From the NCBI GenBank assembly GCA_038237685.1, contig JBBRYL010000001.1:38189-102188 (forward strand): a stretch of DNA of 64,000 nt, given 5' to 3'. Both the position numbers and the translations under genes were made by a program. Positions 9,621 to 19,430 of the stretch are shown here, piece by piece (within the stretch, counting starts at the first letter, position 1; the number at the start of each line of letters is the position of its first letter). The DNA is from Solirubrobacterales bacterium (GTDB lineage Bacteria; Actinomycetota; Thermoleophilia; Solirubrobacterales; Thermoleophilaceae). The notes beneath the pieces were generated by a model. The model saw only the letters and a list, made by a program, of their open reading frames with translations. It made no database searches and had not been told where the DNA came from.

Positions 9621-11198
9621 ATGCCGCGCCCCATGCGGCAGAAGTCACCGGAGACCTACGACGAGAAGCTCGCACAGCTCACCGAGCTACGCGAAGCGGC
9701 CATCCACACCAACCCGCAGGCCGAGGAGAAGCAGCACGACCGCGGCAAGCTCACCGCACGCGAGCGCGTGCTGAAGCTGCTGGACGAGGACTCCTTCGAG
9801 GAGCTCGACACCTTCGTGCGTCACCGGACGTCTGACTTCGACATGCAGAAGAACCGGCCGTGGGGCGACGCGGTGGTCACGGGCACCGGCACCATCAACG
9901 GCCGCACGGTGTGCGTGTTCAGCCAGGACTTCACGGTGTTCGGCGGCTCGCTCGGCGAGGTCATGGCCGAGAAGATGGTCAAGATCATGGACCTCGCGGC
10001 CAAGATCGGCTGCCCGGTGATCGGCATCAATGACTCCGGCGGCGCCCGCATCCAGGAGGGCGTCGTGTCGCTGGGCGCCTACGGCGATGTGTTCGTGCGC
10101 AACGTCCAGTGCTCCGGCGTGATCCCCCAGATCTCGCTGATCATGGGCCCGTGCGCCGGCGGCGCGGTGTACTCGCCAGCCATGACCGACTTCATCTTCA
10201 TGGTGAAGGAGACCTCGCACATGTTCATCACGGGTCCCGACGTGATCAAGACCGTCACGGGCGAGGAGGTCGAGTTCGAAGAGCTCGGCGGCGCGATGAC
10301 CCACAACGAGAAGTCGGGCGTGGCCCACTTCGCGGCTGAGGACGAGGAGTCGTGCCTCGAGGACGTGCGCTACTTCATGTCCTACCTGCCCCAGAACAAT
10401 CTGGAGCAGCCGCCGAAGATGGACTCCGGCGACCCGCACGACCGCAAGGATCTCGAGCTCGACTCGATCGTCCCGGACAGCCCCAACAAGCCGTATGACA
10501 TGCGCGACGTGCTCGCCCGCATCGTGGACGATGGCGACTTCTTCGAGGTGCAGGAGCACTTCGCCAAGAACATCATCATCGGCTTCTCCCGACTCGGCGG
10601 CCGACCCGTCGGCATCGTTGGCAACCAGCCCGCACAGATGGCCGGGGTGCTCGACATCGACGCCTCGGAGAAGGCCGCGCGCTTCGTGCGCTTCTGCGAC
10701 GCGTTCAACGTGCCGATCGTGACCTTCACCGACGTGCCCGGCTTCCTGCCCGGCACCGACCAGGAGTGGGGCGGGATCATCCGCCACGGCGCCAAGCTGC
10801 TGTACGCCTTCACCGAGGCGACGGTGCCCAAGCTCACGGTGGTCACGCGCAAGGCATACGGCGGCGCCTACGACGTCATGAACTCAAAGCACATGCTGGC
10901 CGACTTCAACTTCGCATGGCCCCAGGCAGAAGTGGCCGTGATGGGTCCAGAGGGCGCGGTCAACATCATCTACCGTCGCGACATCGCCGCCTCGCCGACC
11001 CCGGACGAGCGGCGCCAAAAGCTGATGGGCGACTACAAGGCGCGCTTTGCCAACCCGTACTCGGCGGCCGAGCGCGGCTATATCGACGACGTGATCGAAC
11101 CCCACGAGACGCGCCCGAAGCTCATCCGCGCCTTGCAGATGCTCGAGACAAAGCGCGTGGCCGGCCCCAAGCGCAAGCACGGCAACATCCCGCTCTAG
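9621..11198 (+). CDS. Acyl-CoA carboxylase carboxyltransferase (beta) subunit, propionyl-CoA carboxylase-like
   Basis: Full-length carboxyl-transferase sequence ([29 protein letters not shown]..., [18 protein letters not shown]). ATG at 9621. Confidence 0.9.
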   Translation: MPRPMRQKSPETYDEKLAQLTELREAAIHTNPQAEEKQHDRGKLTARERVLKLLDEDSFEELDTFVRHRTSDFDMQKNRPWGDAVVTGTGTINGRTVCVFSQDFTVFGGSLGEVMAEKMVKIMDLAAKIGCPVIGINDSGGARIQEGVVSLGAYGDVFVRNVQCSGVIPQISLIMGPCAGGAVYSPAMTDFIFMVKETSHMFITGPDVIKTVTGEEVEFEELGGAMTHNEKSGVAHFAAEDEESCLEDVRYFMSYLPQNNLEQPPKMDSGDPHDRKDLELDSIVPDSPNKPYDMRDVLARIVDDGDFFEVQEHFAKNIIIGFSRLGGRPVGIVGNQPAQMAGVLDIDASEKAARFVRFCDAFNVPIVTFTDVPGFLPGTDQEWGGIIRHGAKLLYAFTEATVPKLTVVTRKAYGGAYDVMNSKHMLADFNFAWPQAEVAVMGPEGAVNIIYRRDIAASPTPDERRQKLMGDYKARFANPYSAAERGYIDDVIEPHETRPKLIRALQMLETKRVAGPKRKHGNIPL

Positions 11199-11216
11199 GT
11201 CGGAGCCGGTCGCGCT

Positions 11217-12353
11217 CTAGGTGAAGCGAACGTCGTCGCGCGTGGTCTTTGCCTGGTAGAGACGCTGGTCGGCGCGGAGCGCTAGCCGGTCCGGCGAGTC
11301 GCCGGAGCCGTCCCACTCCGCGACGCCGATCGAGAGGGTGATGCGTGCGAGCACCACGTCGTCCCCACGCTCTTCGCCCACGGCACGTCGGAGCGCTTCG
11401 GCCAGCCCGACCGCGCCGTCGAGCTCAGACCCCGCGCACAGGATGGCGAACTCGTCGCCGCCGATCCGGGAGACCACGTCGCTGTCGCGTGCCCGGATGC
11501 GCAGGATGTCGGCGACGGCCTTGAGCACGGCATCGCCGGCGGCGTGGCCCAGGCGGTCGTTGACCTCCTTGAGCCGGTCGATGTCGCACAGGACGATCGA
11601 CAGCGGCCCGAGCCCGCGGCGCGCCTTGGCGCACTCACGCGTAAGCGCCTCGTCCCAGCCGCGCCGGTTGGCCAGGCCCGTGAGCGGGTCCTCCCGGCTC
11701 TGGCGGTCGAGCTCCTCGACCAGCTCGAGGCTGCGGGCCCGTTCCCGCTCGAGCTCGATTCGCGCATCGAACTCCCGCCGCGCCGTGCGTTCGCGGTGCG
11801 CCTGCCCGACGTAGGCCACGATCGATGCCGTAGCCAGGTAGAAGCCGACGGTGGTGATGCCCGACGTGTCGAGCGGCCCAGGGGCGGTGATCAGCGCAAG
11901 GCCCAGCGCAGCCCAGGTCACTCCGATCGCGATGGCCGTATACCGCGGAGGCCACACCAGCAGGAAGGCCGTGGCGTAGATCGCGATCGACATGCCGAGC
12001 GCGTAGGCCGCGTACTCACCCTCGAGACGCGGGATCATGAAGGCGATTGCGATCTCGACCGCCGAGAGGATCAGGAGTACGCACAGCTCGGGGCGTCGCT
12101 TGCCGAATGCCGTGCAGTAGGCAGCCAGGCCGGCCAGCATCGGCACGAGGGCCACCAGCCGGAAGATGGCGAACGTGCCTGCCTGCGCCGGCTCGAGCAC
12201 GTAGTCGAAGCCGATCCACGCCGGCAGGCCGACGATTGCGACCACGCCGGCGAGGATGCCCGTGGCCCGTGTGGACTCCCTGACCTCCGCGCCGAACCGC
12301 GCGTCGGCGGCGGACGTGTCCGCGACACGAGCAGACGATGGGTTCCGGGCCAC
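11217..12353 (-). CDS. Membrane-anchored diguanylate cyclase (GGDEF) with an RxxD I-site
   Basis: N-terminal multi-TM region. RDSDVVSRIGGDEF contains the GGDEF active site and RxxD at the canonical spacing. Confidence 0.85.
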   Translation of the reverse strand: MARNPSSARVADTSAADARFGAEVRESTRATGILAGVVAIVGLPAWIGFDYVLEPAQAGTFAIFRLVALVPMLAGLAAYCTAFGKRRPELCVLLILSAVEIAIAFMIPRLEGEYAAYALGMSIAIYATAFLLVWPPRYTAIAIGVTWAALGLALITAPGPLDTSGITTVGFYLATASIVAYVGQAHRERTARREFDARIELERERARSLELVEELDRQSREDPLTGLANRRGWDEALTRECAKARRGLGPLSIVLCDIDRLKEVNDRLGHAAGDAVLKAVADILRIRARDSDVVSRIGGDEFAILCAGSELDGAVGLAEALRRAVGEERGDDVVLARITLSIGVAEWDGSGDSPDRLALRADQRLYQAKTTRDDVRFT

Positions 12354-12450
12354 AGGACCAGATCGTCAGGGCGGCGCCATCCCTTGAGCATGCGGCGGGC
12401 GCAACCTTTCGCCCTCCCACTGAGGTTCCCACACGACTTAGGCTTCGAGC

Positions 12451-13470
12451 ATGCGGACGACGACCCTCGTGGCAGTGCTTGCGGCCTGCAGCCTTGGAGG
12501 CTCTGCCTCAGCGGCGGCGCAGGAGCCTCCCACGCCGGTGCCCCCGGCCGAGCGGCCCGCGCGGATCGCGGCCGGGGTGTCCTCGGCGGGGGTGGCGCTC
12601 GGCGGCCTCACGCTCGACGATGCCGCCACGGCGTTGCGTCGCCGCGCCCAGCCGAAGGCCCAGCGCCGCCTGGTGGCCAAGATCGGCCGGCGCTCCTACG
12701 TGCTCACCACCGGACGGCTGAGGCTGCGCTTCGACGAGCGCGCGACCGCCCGCCGGGCGCTGCGCGCGGGGCGCAAGGCAAAGGGCAGGCGGGTGAAGCT
12801 CGCCCCCTCGATCACGTTTCGCGCCGCCTCGCTCTCCGCGTTCGTGCGCCGCGCGACCCAGGTCACCTCGCGGGCGCCGCGGAACGCGTCGATCCGCATC
12901 ACCATCCGCAGAATCGTCGGGCGCAGGGCGATCTACGGCCACCGGATCGATCCGCGCCGGCTCGACAAGGCGCTGCGGCGGCGCATCCGCGACCCGCTCG
13001 CAGCGCGCGACGTGCGGCCAACCCTCCGGCGGGTACGCCCCGCGGTGCGCCTCATCGACCTGCGCCGAAGCAACTCGACGATCGTCACGGTCGACCGAGG
13101 CGGCCACCGGCTGCGGCTCTTCAAGCGCTTGCGCTACGACCGCTCCTACCCGATCGCCGTCGGGGCTGCGGGGTTCGAGACCCCGAGCGGCATTCGTCGG
13201 GTGCTCTCGCGTCAGGTCAACCCCGCGTGGACCGCCCCCAACCGCCCGTGGGCGGGCTCCTACGCAGGCCGCACCGTGCCGGGCGGCGCACCCGACAATC
13301 CGCTCAAGGCCCGCTTCATCGACCTCGGCGACGGCATCGGCATCCACGGCACCTCGGAGTCGTTCTCGATCGGCAGGAGCGCGTCGCACGGCTGCATCCG
13401 CATGCACGTGTCCGACGTGATCGACCTCTTTCCGCGCGTGCCGCTCGGCACGCGCGTGCTCATCCGCTGA
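12451..13470 (+). CDS. L,D-transpeptidase (YkuD domain), probable lipoprotein
   Basis: Signal peptide with lipobox VLAAC. YkuD active site SASHGCIRM. Confidence 0.85.
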   Translation: MRTTTLVAVLAACSLGGSASAAAQEPPTPVPPAERPARIAAGVSSAGVALGGLTLDDAATALRRRAQPKAQRRLVAKIGRRSYVLTTGRLRLRFDERATARRALRAGRKAKGRRVKLAPSITFRAASLSAFVRRATQVTSRAPRNASIRITIRRIVGRRAIYGHRIDPRRLDKALRRRIRDPLAARDVRPTLRRVRPAVRLIDLRRSNSTIVTVDRGGHRLRLFKRLRYDRSYPIAVGAAGFETPSGIRRVLSRQVNPAWTAPNRPWAGSYAGRTVPGGAPDNPLKARFIDLGDGIGIHGTSESFSIGRSASHGCIRMHVSDVIDLFPRVPLGTRVLIR

Positions 13471-13509
13471 CCCGGGCGGCGGCGTCGCGTCGCGCGCCCG
13501 ACGCACCGC

Positions 13510-14502
13510 TCACAGCGTGACCGCCGTGCCCTTCACCGCGCCGGCGCGATGCGCCTCCAGCACTGCGTGACAGAGGGCGAGATCCTGGATCGCGAGCCCC
13601 GTGGAGTCGAACAGCGTCGCGGCCTCCGGCCCCGAGCGCCCGGGCGCGGCGCCCGTGAGCACGGCCCCGAGCTCGGTTACATCGTCGCGACTCACCAGCC
13701 CGGCCTCCACGGCACCGGTGAGCTCACCGCCGTGTGCGGCCTGGTTCCACTCGTCGCAGAAGAGCTCGCAGCACTCGACGGCCGCTAGCTCGGCCTCGGC
13801 CTTTCCGGGCCCGTCGGCGCCCAGCATGTTCAGGTGCACGCCGGGGCGCACGAGAGCGGCGGTGACGACCGGCTCGCTGCCGGGGGTCACGCATGTGACT
13901 ATGTCGCAGGCAAGGGTGTCGTCGAGCGCGCCGGCCTCCCACCCAAGCTCTCCCGCCAGGGCGCCGGCCGCCTCCGGATCGGGGTCGACGCAGACGCCCG
14001 GCCCGAACTCCGCGGCCGCTAGGCAGCGGGCGGCCCAGGCGCCGTGCAGGCCGCAGCCGACGATTCCCACGCTGGCAGCGTCCTCGCGCCCCAGCTCCTG
14101 TGCGGCCACGGCCGCCACCGCACCGGTGCGCAGGGCTGTGATCGAGCGGACGTCGATCAGCGCGAGCGGCTCGCCGGTCTCTGAGTCAGAGACGCAGATC
14201 ATGCCCATGACCACCGGCAGGCCGGCGGCCGGATTTGCGGGAAACGACGTGACCCACTTGAGGATCGCGAGCCCGGACCCCAGCGCGGGCATCGCGCGGA
14301 AGTCCCCGCCGAGCGGAGCGTCGAGGTAGACCTTCGACGGCATCCGCCAGTTGCCGGCCGCGTACTCGACGAAGCCGTGACGCACCTGCTCGATCGCCTC
14401 GAGCGGCTCGATGGCGCCGAGCACGGCGCTCTGGTCAAAGGCGTGGATCGTCGGCACGCGTGGAGCGTAGTGCGATGGGCAGTTAGGCTGCGGGCCTTCC
14501 AT
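13510..14502 (-). CDS. Ornithine cyclodeaminase / mu-crystallin family protein
   Basis: Only the C-terminal third of the 935-aa ORF is gene-like. Rossmann motif VGIVGCGLHGAWAA. ATG at 14502, with an alternative GTG at 14457. Confidence 0.8.
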   Translation of the reverse strand: MEGPQPNCPSHYAPRVPTIHAFDQSAVLGAIEPLEAIEQVRHGFVEYAAGNWRMPSKVYLDAPLGGDFRAMPALGSGLAILKWVTSFPANPAAGLPVVMGMICVSDSETGEPLALIDVRSITALRTGAVAAVAAQELGREDAASVGIVGCGLHGAWAARCLAAAEFGPGVCVDPDPEAAGALAGELGWEAGALDDTLACDIVTCVTPGSEPVVTAALVRPGVHLNMLGADGPGKAEAELAAVECCELFCDEWNQAAHGGELTGAVEAGLVSRDDVTELGAVLTGAAPGRSGPEAATLFDSTGLAIQDLALCHAVLEAHRAGAVKGTAVTL

Positions 14503-14746
14503 GGGCGTAAACGGCAACCACCACCCACGACGGCCGCGGATCGAGGTCGCCCAGGCTGCGGCCTCTCCCGAAGAGGCCGCAGCGATAGCGGCAGCGCTGG
14601 AGCAGTTCCTGCGCGAGACGGCGCCCGCACCCGCATCGGCCGAGACCGCGGTGAACCCGTGGCTGCGCGCGGGCCTGTTCGAGAACGCCGGGCTCGATCC
14701 CGACGGCCCGAGCCCGTGGGGCGACCAGGAGTCCTGGGGCCGCTGA
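14501..14746 (+). CDS. Candidate small protein resembling acyl-CoA carboxylase epsilon subunits
   Basis: 81-aa ORF with high GC3. The motif RIEVAQAAASPEEAAAIAAALEQF plus a Trp/Arg-containing tail resembles AccE/PccE proteins as I recall them. No search was run. Confidence 0.3.
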   Translation: MGVNGNHHPRRPRIEVAQAAASPEEAAAIAAALEQFLRETAPAPASAETAVNPWLRAGLFENAGLDPDGPSPWGDQESWGR

Positions 14747-14790
14747 ACTGAATAACATGAAACCCTGCCGGATTTTGCTACTTTCACGGG

Positions 14791-16617
14791 ATGGAGCCGA
14801 CCAGCACGCCTTCCCAGAAGCCGCCGGGCCGCGAGGGCTCGCTCAACAATCCGGAGATCCTGGAGAACGTTCCGGGTCACGTGATCCCGATCCTCGAGCG
14901 CGAGTTCGACGACTTCGACAGTGAGTCGGAGGATTTCCTGGGCGGCAAGACCGAGGAGACGGAATTCATCAAGTTCCGGCTCAAGCAAGGCGTCTACGGC
15001 CAGCGCCAGGCCGATGTCCAGATGATCCGCATCAAGCTGCCGATGGGCGGCATCACACCGGGGCAGATGGACACCTTCGCCGACGTGATCGAGGAGTACG
15101 CGCCCAAGAACAAGGGCCACATCACCACCCGCCAGAACATTCAGCTCCACCACATCCCCCTGCGCGACGCGGCCGAGCTGATCCGCAAGATCTCTGACTC
15201 CGGGCTCTCCTCCCGCGAAGGCTGTGGCAACACCGTGCGCAACGTGACCGGTGATCCGTGGGCCGGCGTCTGCGAAGGCGAGCTGTTCGACATCACCCCG
15301 TGGGCCGGCGCCTACGTGCGCTACTTCGTGCGCCACCCCACCACCCAGATGATGCCGCGCAAGATCAAGACGGCCTTCACCGCCACCGACGAGGACCGTG
15401 CGATCACCGGCATTCACGACATCGCCTTCCTCCCCCGCGAGCGCGACGGGGTCAAGGGCGTCGAGGTGCGCGTGGGCGGCGGGACGTCGATCATGCCGCG
15501 CGTGGCGCCGACGCTCTATGAATTCGTAGAGCTCGAGAACGGCGACTACCTCAAGGTGTCCGAGGCGGTTCTCCGGATCTTCGACCGCCAGGACTTCCTC
15601 CGCGTGAACCGTGCCCGGGCGCGCATCAAGGTCTTGATCGACAAGATCGGCATGGATGAGTTCCGCGAGATGGTCGACAACGAGCTCGAAGGCGACTGGG
15701 TCGGCGAGCGCGACTTCGACCCGACGCCGCTGCTGCTGCTGCATGACGAGGAGGCCAACGCGCCTGCCGCGGGAGGGAATCACTCCCAGCCCAACGGCGA
15801 CCTCTCGCAGTTCGAACGCTTCGAGAGGTCCAACGTGCAGCCCCAGCGCCAGGAGGGCTTCTCCACAGTCCAGGTTCGTGTGATCCGCGGCGATCTCACG
15901 CCGGAGCAGTTTCGCGGCATCGGGCAGATCATGCGCGACTTCTCCGGCGGCTACGCCCGCATGACCGTGCACCAGAACATGGTGCTGCGGTGGGTCCGCG
16001 ACGAATCGGTCTACGACGTGTACAAGCGCCTGGAGGCGCTCGATCTGGCACAGCCGGGCGCAGACGAGATCACCGACGTGGTCAGCTGCCCCGGCACCGA
16101 TAGCTGCAAGCTCGGGATCACCGCCTCGATGGGCCTGAACCAGGCCGTGCGCGAGCGGATCGAGGCGATGAACATCGAGGACGAGCTGACCAAGAAGGTG
16201 CACGTCAAGATGTCGGGCTGCCCCAACGGCTGCAGCCAGCACCACATCGCCAACATCGGCTTCTACGGAGCGTCGATCAAGGTCGGCGACAAGACAATCC
16301 CGGCCTACATCCCGCACATCGGCGGGACCTACGAGGGTGGCGAGGTCATCTACGGCACCCGCCTGAAGTCGAGGATCCCCGCCAAGCGCGTCCCCGAGGC
16401 GGTCGAGCGGTGGATCCGTTACTACCAGGACGAGCGCTCCGACGGCGAGGAGTTCAACGACTTCGCCGAGCGCGTCGGGGCGGCCAGCTTCACCGAGAAG
16501 GTCAAGGACCTGTCGCTGCCTGTGGAGTTCAACGTCGAGAACATGGGCTTCTTCATCGACTGGCAGCGAAAAGACCTCTACGAGGTCATTCGCGGCGAGG
16601 GTGAGTGCGCCGTCTGA
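14791..16617 (+). CDS. Ferredoxin-dependent sulfite reductase (nitrite/sulfite reductase family)
   Basis: Siroheme/4Fe-4S cysteine clusters SCPGTDSCKLG and SGCPNGCSQHH. It heads the cys operon. Confidence 0.9.
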   Translation: MEPTSTPSQKPPGREGSLNNPEILENVPGHVIPILEREFDDFDSESEDFLGGKTEETEFIKFRLKQGVYGQRQADVQMIRIKLPMGGITPGQMDTFADVIEEYAPKNKGHITTRQNIQLHHIPLRDAAELIRKISDSGLSSREGCGNTVRNVTGDPWAGVCEGELFDITPWAGAYVRYFVRHPTTQMMPRKIKTAFTATDEDRAITGIHDIAFLPRERDGVKGVEVRVGGGTSIMPRVAPTLYEFVELENGDYLKVSEAVLRIFDRQDFLRVNRARARIKVLIDKIGMDEFREMVDNELEGDWVGERDFDPTPLLLLHDEEANAPAAGGNHSQPNGDLSQFERFERSNVQPQRQEGFSTVQVRVIRGDLTPEQFRGIGQIMRDFSGGYARMTVHQNMVLRWVRDESVYDVYKRLEALDLAQPGADEITDVVSCPGTDSCKLGITASMGLNQAVRERIEAMNIEDELTKKVHVKMSGCPNGCSQHHIANIGFYGASIKVGDKTIPAYIPHIGGTYEGGEVIYGTRLKSRIPAKRVPEAVERWIRYYQDERSDGEEFNDFAERVGAASFTEKVKDLSLPVEFNVENMGFFIDWQRKDLYEVIRGEGECAV

Positions 16618-17225
16618 TGACAGCTCAAGGCGTCCTAGAGCAGGCGGTCGCTGAGCACCACCCTTCGCTGGCCCTTGCGTGCTCCTTCCAGAAGGAGGAG
16701 ACGGTGCTGCTGCACATGCTGCAGCGGATCACGCCGGAGGCACGGGTCTTCACGATCGATACCGGCGTCCTCTTTCCCGAGACCACGGCGACATGGCGTG
16801 AGCTCGAGCAGCGCACGGGCGTGCGGGTCGAGGTGCACGACGCCTCGAACTCCGAGGGCGCGCCGTGGTCGGCCGACAACTGCTGCGGCCAGCACAAGGT
16901 CGCGGCGCTCGAACGGGCGCTCGACGGCCTCGACGCCTGGGTGACCGGCCTGCGCCGCGAGCAGTCGCCCACGCGCGCCGACGCCGAGCACGTCGAGTGG
17001 GACGAGCCGCATGGGCTGTGGAAGTTCAACCCGCTGGCCGAGTGGTCGGAGACGGACGTCTGGAACTACATCGCCGGGCACGACCTGCCCTACAACCCGC
17101 TGCATGATCAGCGCTACTCCTCGATCGGCTGCGCACCCTGCACGTTGCCCGGCGCGGGCCGCGAGGGCCGCTGGGCTGGGGACGCCAAGACCGAGTGCGG
17201 CCTGCACGTCGTGGAGGGCGCATGA
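16617..17225 (+). CDS. cysH: Adenylylsulfate (APS)/PAPS reductase, Fe-S type
   Basis: The ATG overlaps the upstream stop (TGATG). CC...CxxC cysteines (NCCGQHK, GCAPCT) and C-terminal ECGLH. Confidence 0.9.
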   Translation: MTAQGVLEQAVAEHHPSLALACSFQKEETVLLHMLQRITPEARVFTIDTGVLFPETTATWRELEQRTGVRVEVHDASNSEGAPWSADNCCGQHKVAALERALDGLDAWVTGLRREQSPTRADAEHVEWDEPHGLWKFNPLAEWSETDVWNYIAGHDLPYNPLHDQRYSSIGCAPCTLPGAGREGRWAGDAKTECGLHVVEGA

Positions 17226-18151
17226 TCGAGACTGCTCCCCCGGCCGCGGGCCGCGAGCTGACCCACCTCGAGGCGCTCGAGTCCGAGGCCATCCACGTGT
17301 TCCGCGAGGTCGCGGCCGAGCTCGAGAGCCCGGTGCTGCTGTTTAGCGGCGGCAAGGACTCGATCGTCCTGCTGCGACTGGCCGAGAAGGCCTTCCGGCC
17401 CGGGAAGTTCCCGTTCCCGGTGATGCACGTGGACACCGGCCACAACTTCGACGAGGTGCTCGAGTTTCGCGATCGGCGCATGGCCGAGATCGACGAGCGC
17501 CTGATCGTGGCGTCGGTGCAGAAGTCGATCGACACCGGCCGCGCCACCGAGGAGACGGGACCGCGCGCTTCGCGCAACCGCCTCCAGACCGTCACCCTCC
17601 TCGATGCCATCGAGCAGCACGGCTTCGACGCCGCCTTCGGAGGCGCCCGCCGCGACGAGGAGCGAGCCCGCGCCAAGGAGCGGATGTTCAGCTTCCGCGA
17701 CGACTTCGGCCAGTGGGATCCCAAGGCCCAGCGCCCCGAGCTGTGGTCGCTCTACAACGGCCGGATCCGCAAGGGCGAGCACGTGCGCGTCTTTCCGCTG
17801 AGCAACTGGACCGAGCTCGACGTGTGGCAGTACATCGCGCAGGAGCGGCTCGAGCTGCCTACGATCTACTACGCGCACGAGCGAGAGGTGTTCGAGCGCG
17901 ACGGCATGCTCTACGCCGCGTCGCCGTTCGTGCAGCTGCAGGAAGGCGAGGCGATCGTGCCGGAGTGGGTGCGCTACCGGACGGTCGGAGATCTCACCGT
18001 CACCGGCGCCGTGCGCTCCCGTGCCACGACGCTCGACGACGTGGTCTCAGAGATCGCCGCCACCCGGGTCACCGAGCGCGGCGAGACGCGCGCCGACGAC
18101 CGCGTTACGGAAGCCGCCATGGAGGACCGCAAGAAGGAAGGCTATTTCTAG
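17222..18151 (+). CDS. cysD: Sulfate adenylyltransferase subunit 2
   Basis: ATGA overlap with cysH. PP-loop LLFSGGKDS. Confidence 0.9.
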   Translation: MIETAPPAAGRELTHLEALESEAIHVFREVAAELESPVLLFSGGKDSIVLLRLAEKAFRPGKFPFPVMHVDTGHNFDEVLEFRDRRMAEIDERLIVASVQKSIDTGRATEETGPRASRNRLQTVTLLDAIEQHGFDAAFGGARRDEERARAKERMFSFRDDFGQWDPKAQRPELWSLYNGRIRKGEHVRVFPLSNWTELDVWQYIAQERLELPTIYYAHEREVFERDGMLYAASPFVQLQEGEAIVPEWVRYRTVGDLTVTGAVRSRATTLDDVVSEIAATRVTERGETRADDRVTEAAMEDRKKEGYF

Positions 18152-18155
18152 CGCC

Positions 18156-19430
18156 ATGGCGATCGCGCAGGCACCCATGCTGCGCCTGGCCACCTCCGGG
18201 TCGGTCGACGACGGCAAGTCGACCCTCATCGGCCGGCTGCTCTATGACTCCAAGCAGGTGCTCACAGACCAGCTCGAGCACGTCGAGCGCGTATCGGAGA
18301 AACGCGGCGATGGCTATGTGAATCTGGCGCTGCTCACCGACGGCCTGCGCGCCGAGCGCGAGCAGGGCATCACGATCGACGTCGCCTACCGCTACTTCCA
18401 GACCGCGCGGCGCAAGTTCATAATCGCCGACACCCCGGGCCACGTGCAGTACACGCGCAACATGGTCACCGGCGCCTCGACCGCCGACCTGTCGATCGTG
18501 CTGGTGGACGCCCGCGCCGGCGTGGTGGAGCAGTCCAAGCGCCACGCCTACATCGCCTCGCTGCTGCGCATCCCCCACCTCGTGGTGGCCGTGAACAAGA
18601 TGGACCTCGTCGACTTCGACGAGGCCGCATACGACCGCATCCGCGCGGAGTTCCTCGACTTCGCGTCCGGCCTCGAGTTCACCGAGCTGACCTTCATCCC
18701 GGTGAGCGCGCTGGACGGCGACAACGTGGTCGACGCCTCGGATCGCACACCCTGGTACAGGGGCCCCTCGCTGCTCGAGCACCTCGAACAGGTCGAGGTG
18801 GCCACCGACCGCAACCTCGACGACCTCCGCCTGCCCGTGCAGTGGGTGATCCGACCCCAGTCCAACGATCACCACGACTTCCGCGGATACGCCGGTCGGC
18901 TGGCCGGGGGGGTGCTCACCCCCGGCGACGAGGTGGTGGTACAGCCGTCAGGTCGGCGCACGCTAATCGAGGCCGTCGACGGCCAGGACGGCCCGGTGCA
19001 GGAGGCGATCACACCGATGTCGGTCACCGTCCAGCTCGAGGACGAGCTCGACGTGTCCCGCGGCGACCTGATCTGCGACGTCGCGAGCGCGCCCGAGCCC
19101 GTCCGCGAGCTGACCGCCGACATCTGCTGGATGGCCGACGCGCCGCTCACCCCTCGTGGGCGCTATGCGATCAAGCACACCACCCGCACCGCCAGAGCCA
19201 TCGTCGATGCGATCGAGCACCGCGTGGAGATCCATGCGCTCGAGCCCGAGCCCGCCTCCGAGCTCGGGCTGAACGACATCGGCAGGGTGCGGCTGCGCCT
19301 GTCCACGCCGCTGGTCGTCGATCCCTACGCGCGCAACCGCGACACCGGCAGCTTCATCCTGATCGACGAAGCCTCAAACGACACGGTCGGCGCCGGCATG
19401 GTTGTCGATCCTTCGGCGGCAGCAAGCTGA
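18156..19430 (+). CDS. cysN: Sulfate adenylyltransferase subunit 1 (GTPase), no fused APS kinase
   Basis: G1 GSVDDGKST, DTPGH and NKMD. At 424 aa there is no CysC domain. Confidence 0.9.
   Translation: MAIAQAPMLRLATSGSVDDGKSTLIGRLLYDSKQVLTDQLEHVERVSEKRGDGYVNLALLTDGLRAEREQGITIDVAYRYFQTARRKFIIADTPGHVQYTRNMVTGASTADLSIVLVDARAGVVEQSKRHAYIASLLRIPHLVVAVNKMDLVDFDEAAYDRIRAEFLDFASGLEFTELTFIPVSALDGDNVVDASDRTPWYRGPSLLEHLEQVEVATDRNLDDLRLPVQWVIRPQSNDHHDFRGYAGRLAGGVLTPGDEVVVQPSGRRTLIEAVDGQDGPVQEAITPMSVTVQLEDELDVSRGDLICDVASAPEPVRELTADICWMADAPLTPRGRYAIKHTTRTARAIVDAIEHRVEIHALEPEPASELGLNDIGRVRLRLSTPLVVDPYARNRDTGSFILIDEASNDTVGAGMVVDPSAAAS

Noticed and set aside
13160-13180. GGGGTTCGAGACCCC, a T-arm-like sequence that could flag a tRNA.
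   Set aside because: It lies inside the L,D-transpeptidase reading frame (…AAGFETPSG…). No acceptor, D or anticodon arms can be drawn around it. I saw no other tRNA-like T-loops in the window.
14503-16317. N-terminal 600 residues of the 935-aa minus-strand ORF 13510-16317.
   Set aside because: Only the last ~330 codons resemble a real protein (ornithine cyclodeaminase family). The remainder is antisense to the sulfite-reductase gene and has no recognisable domain.
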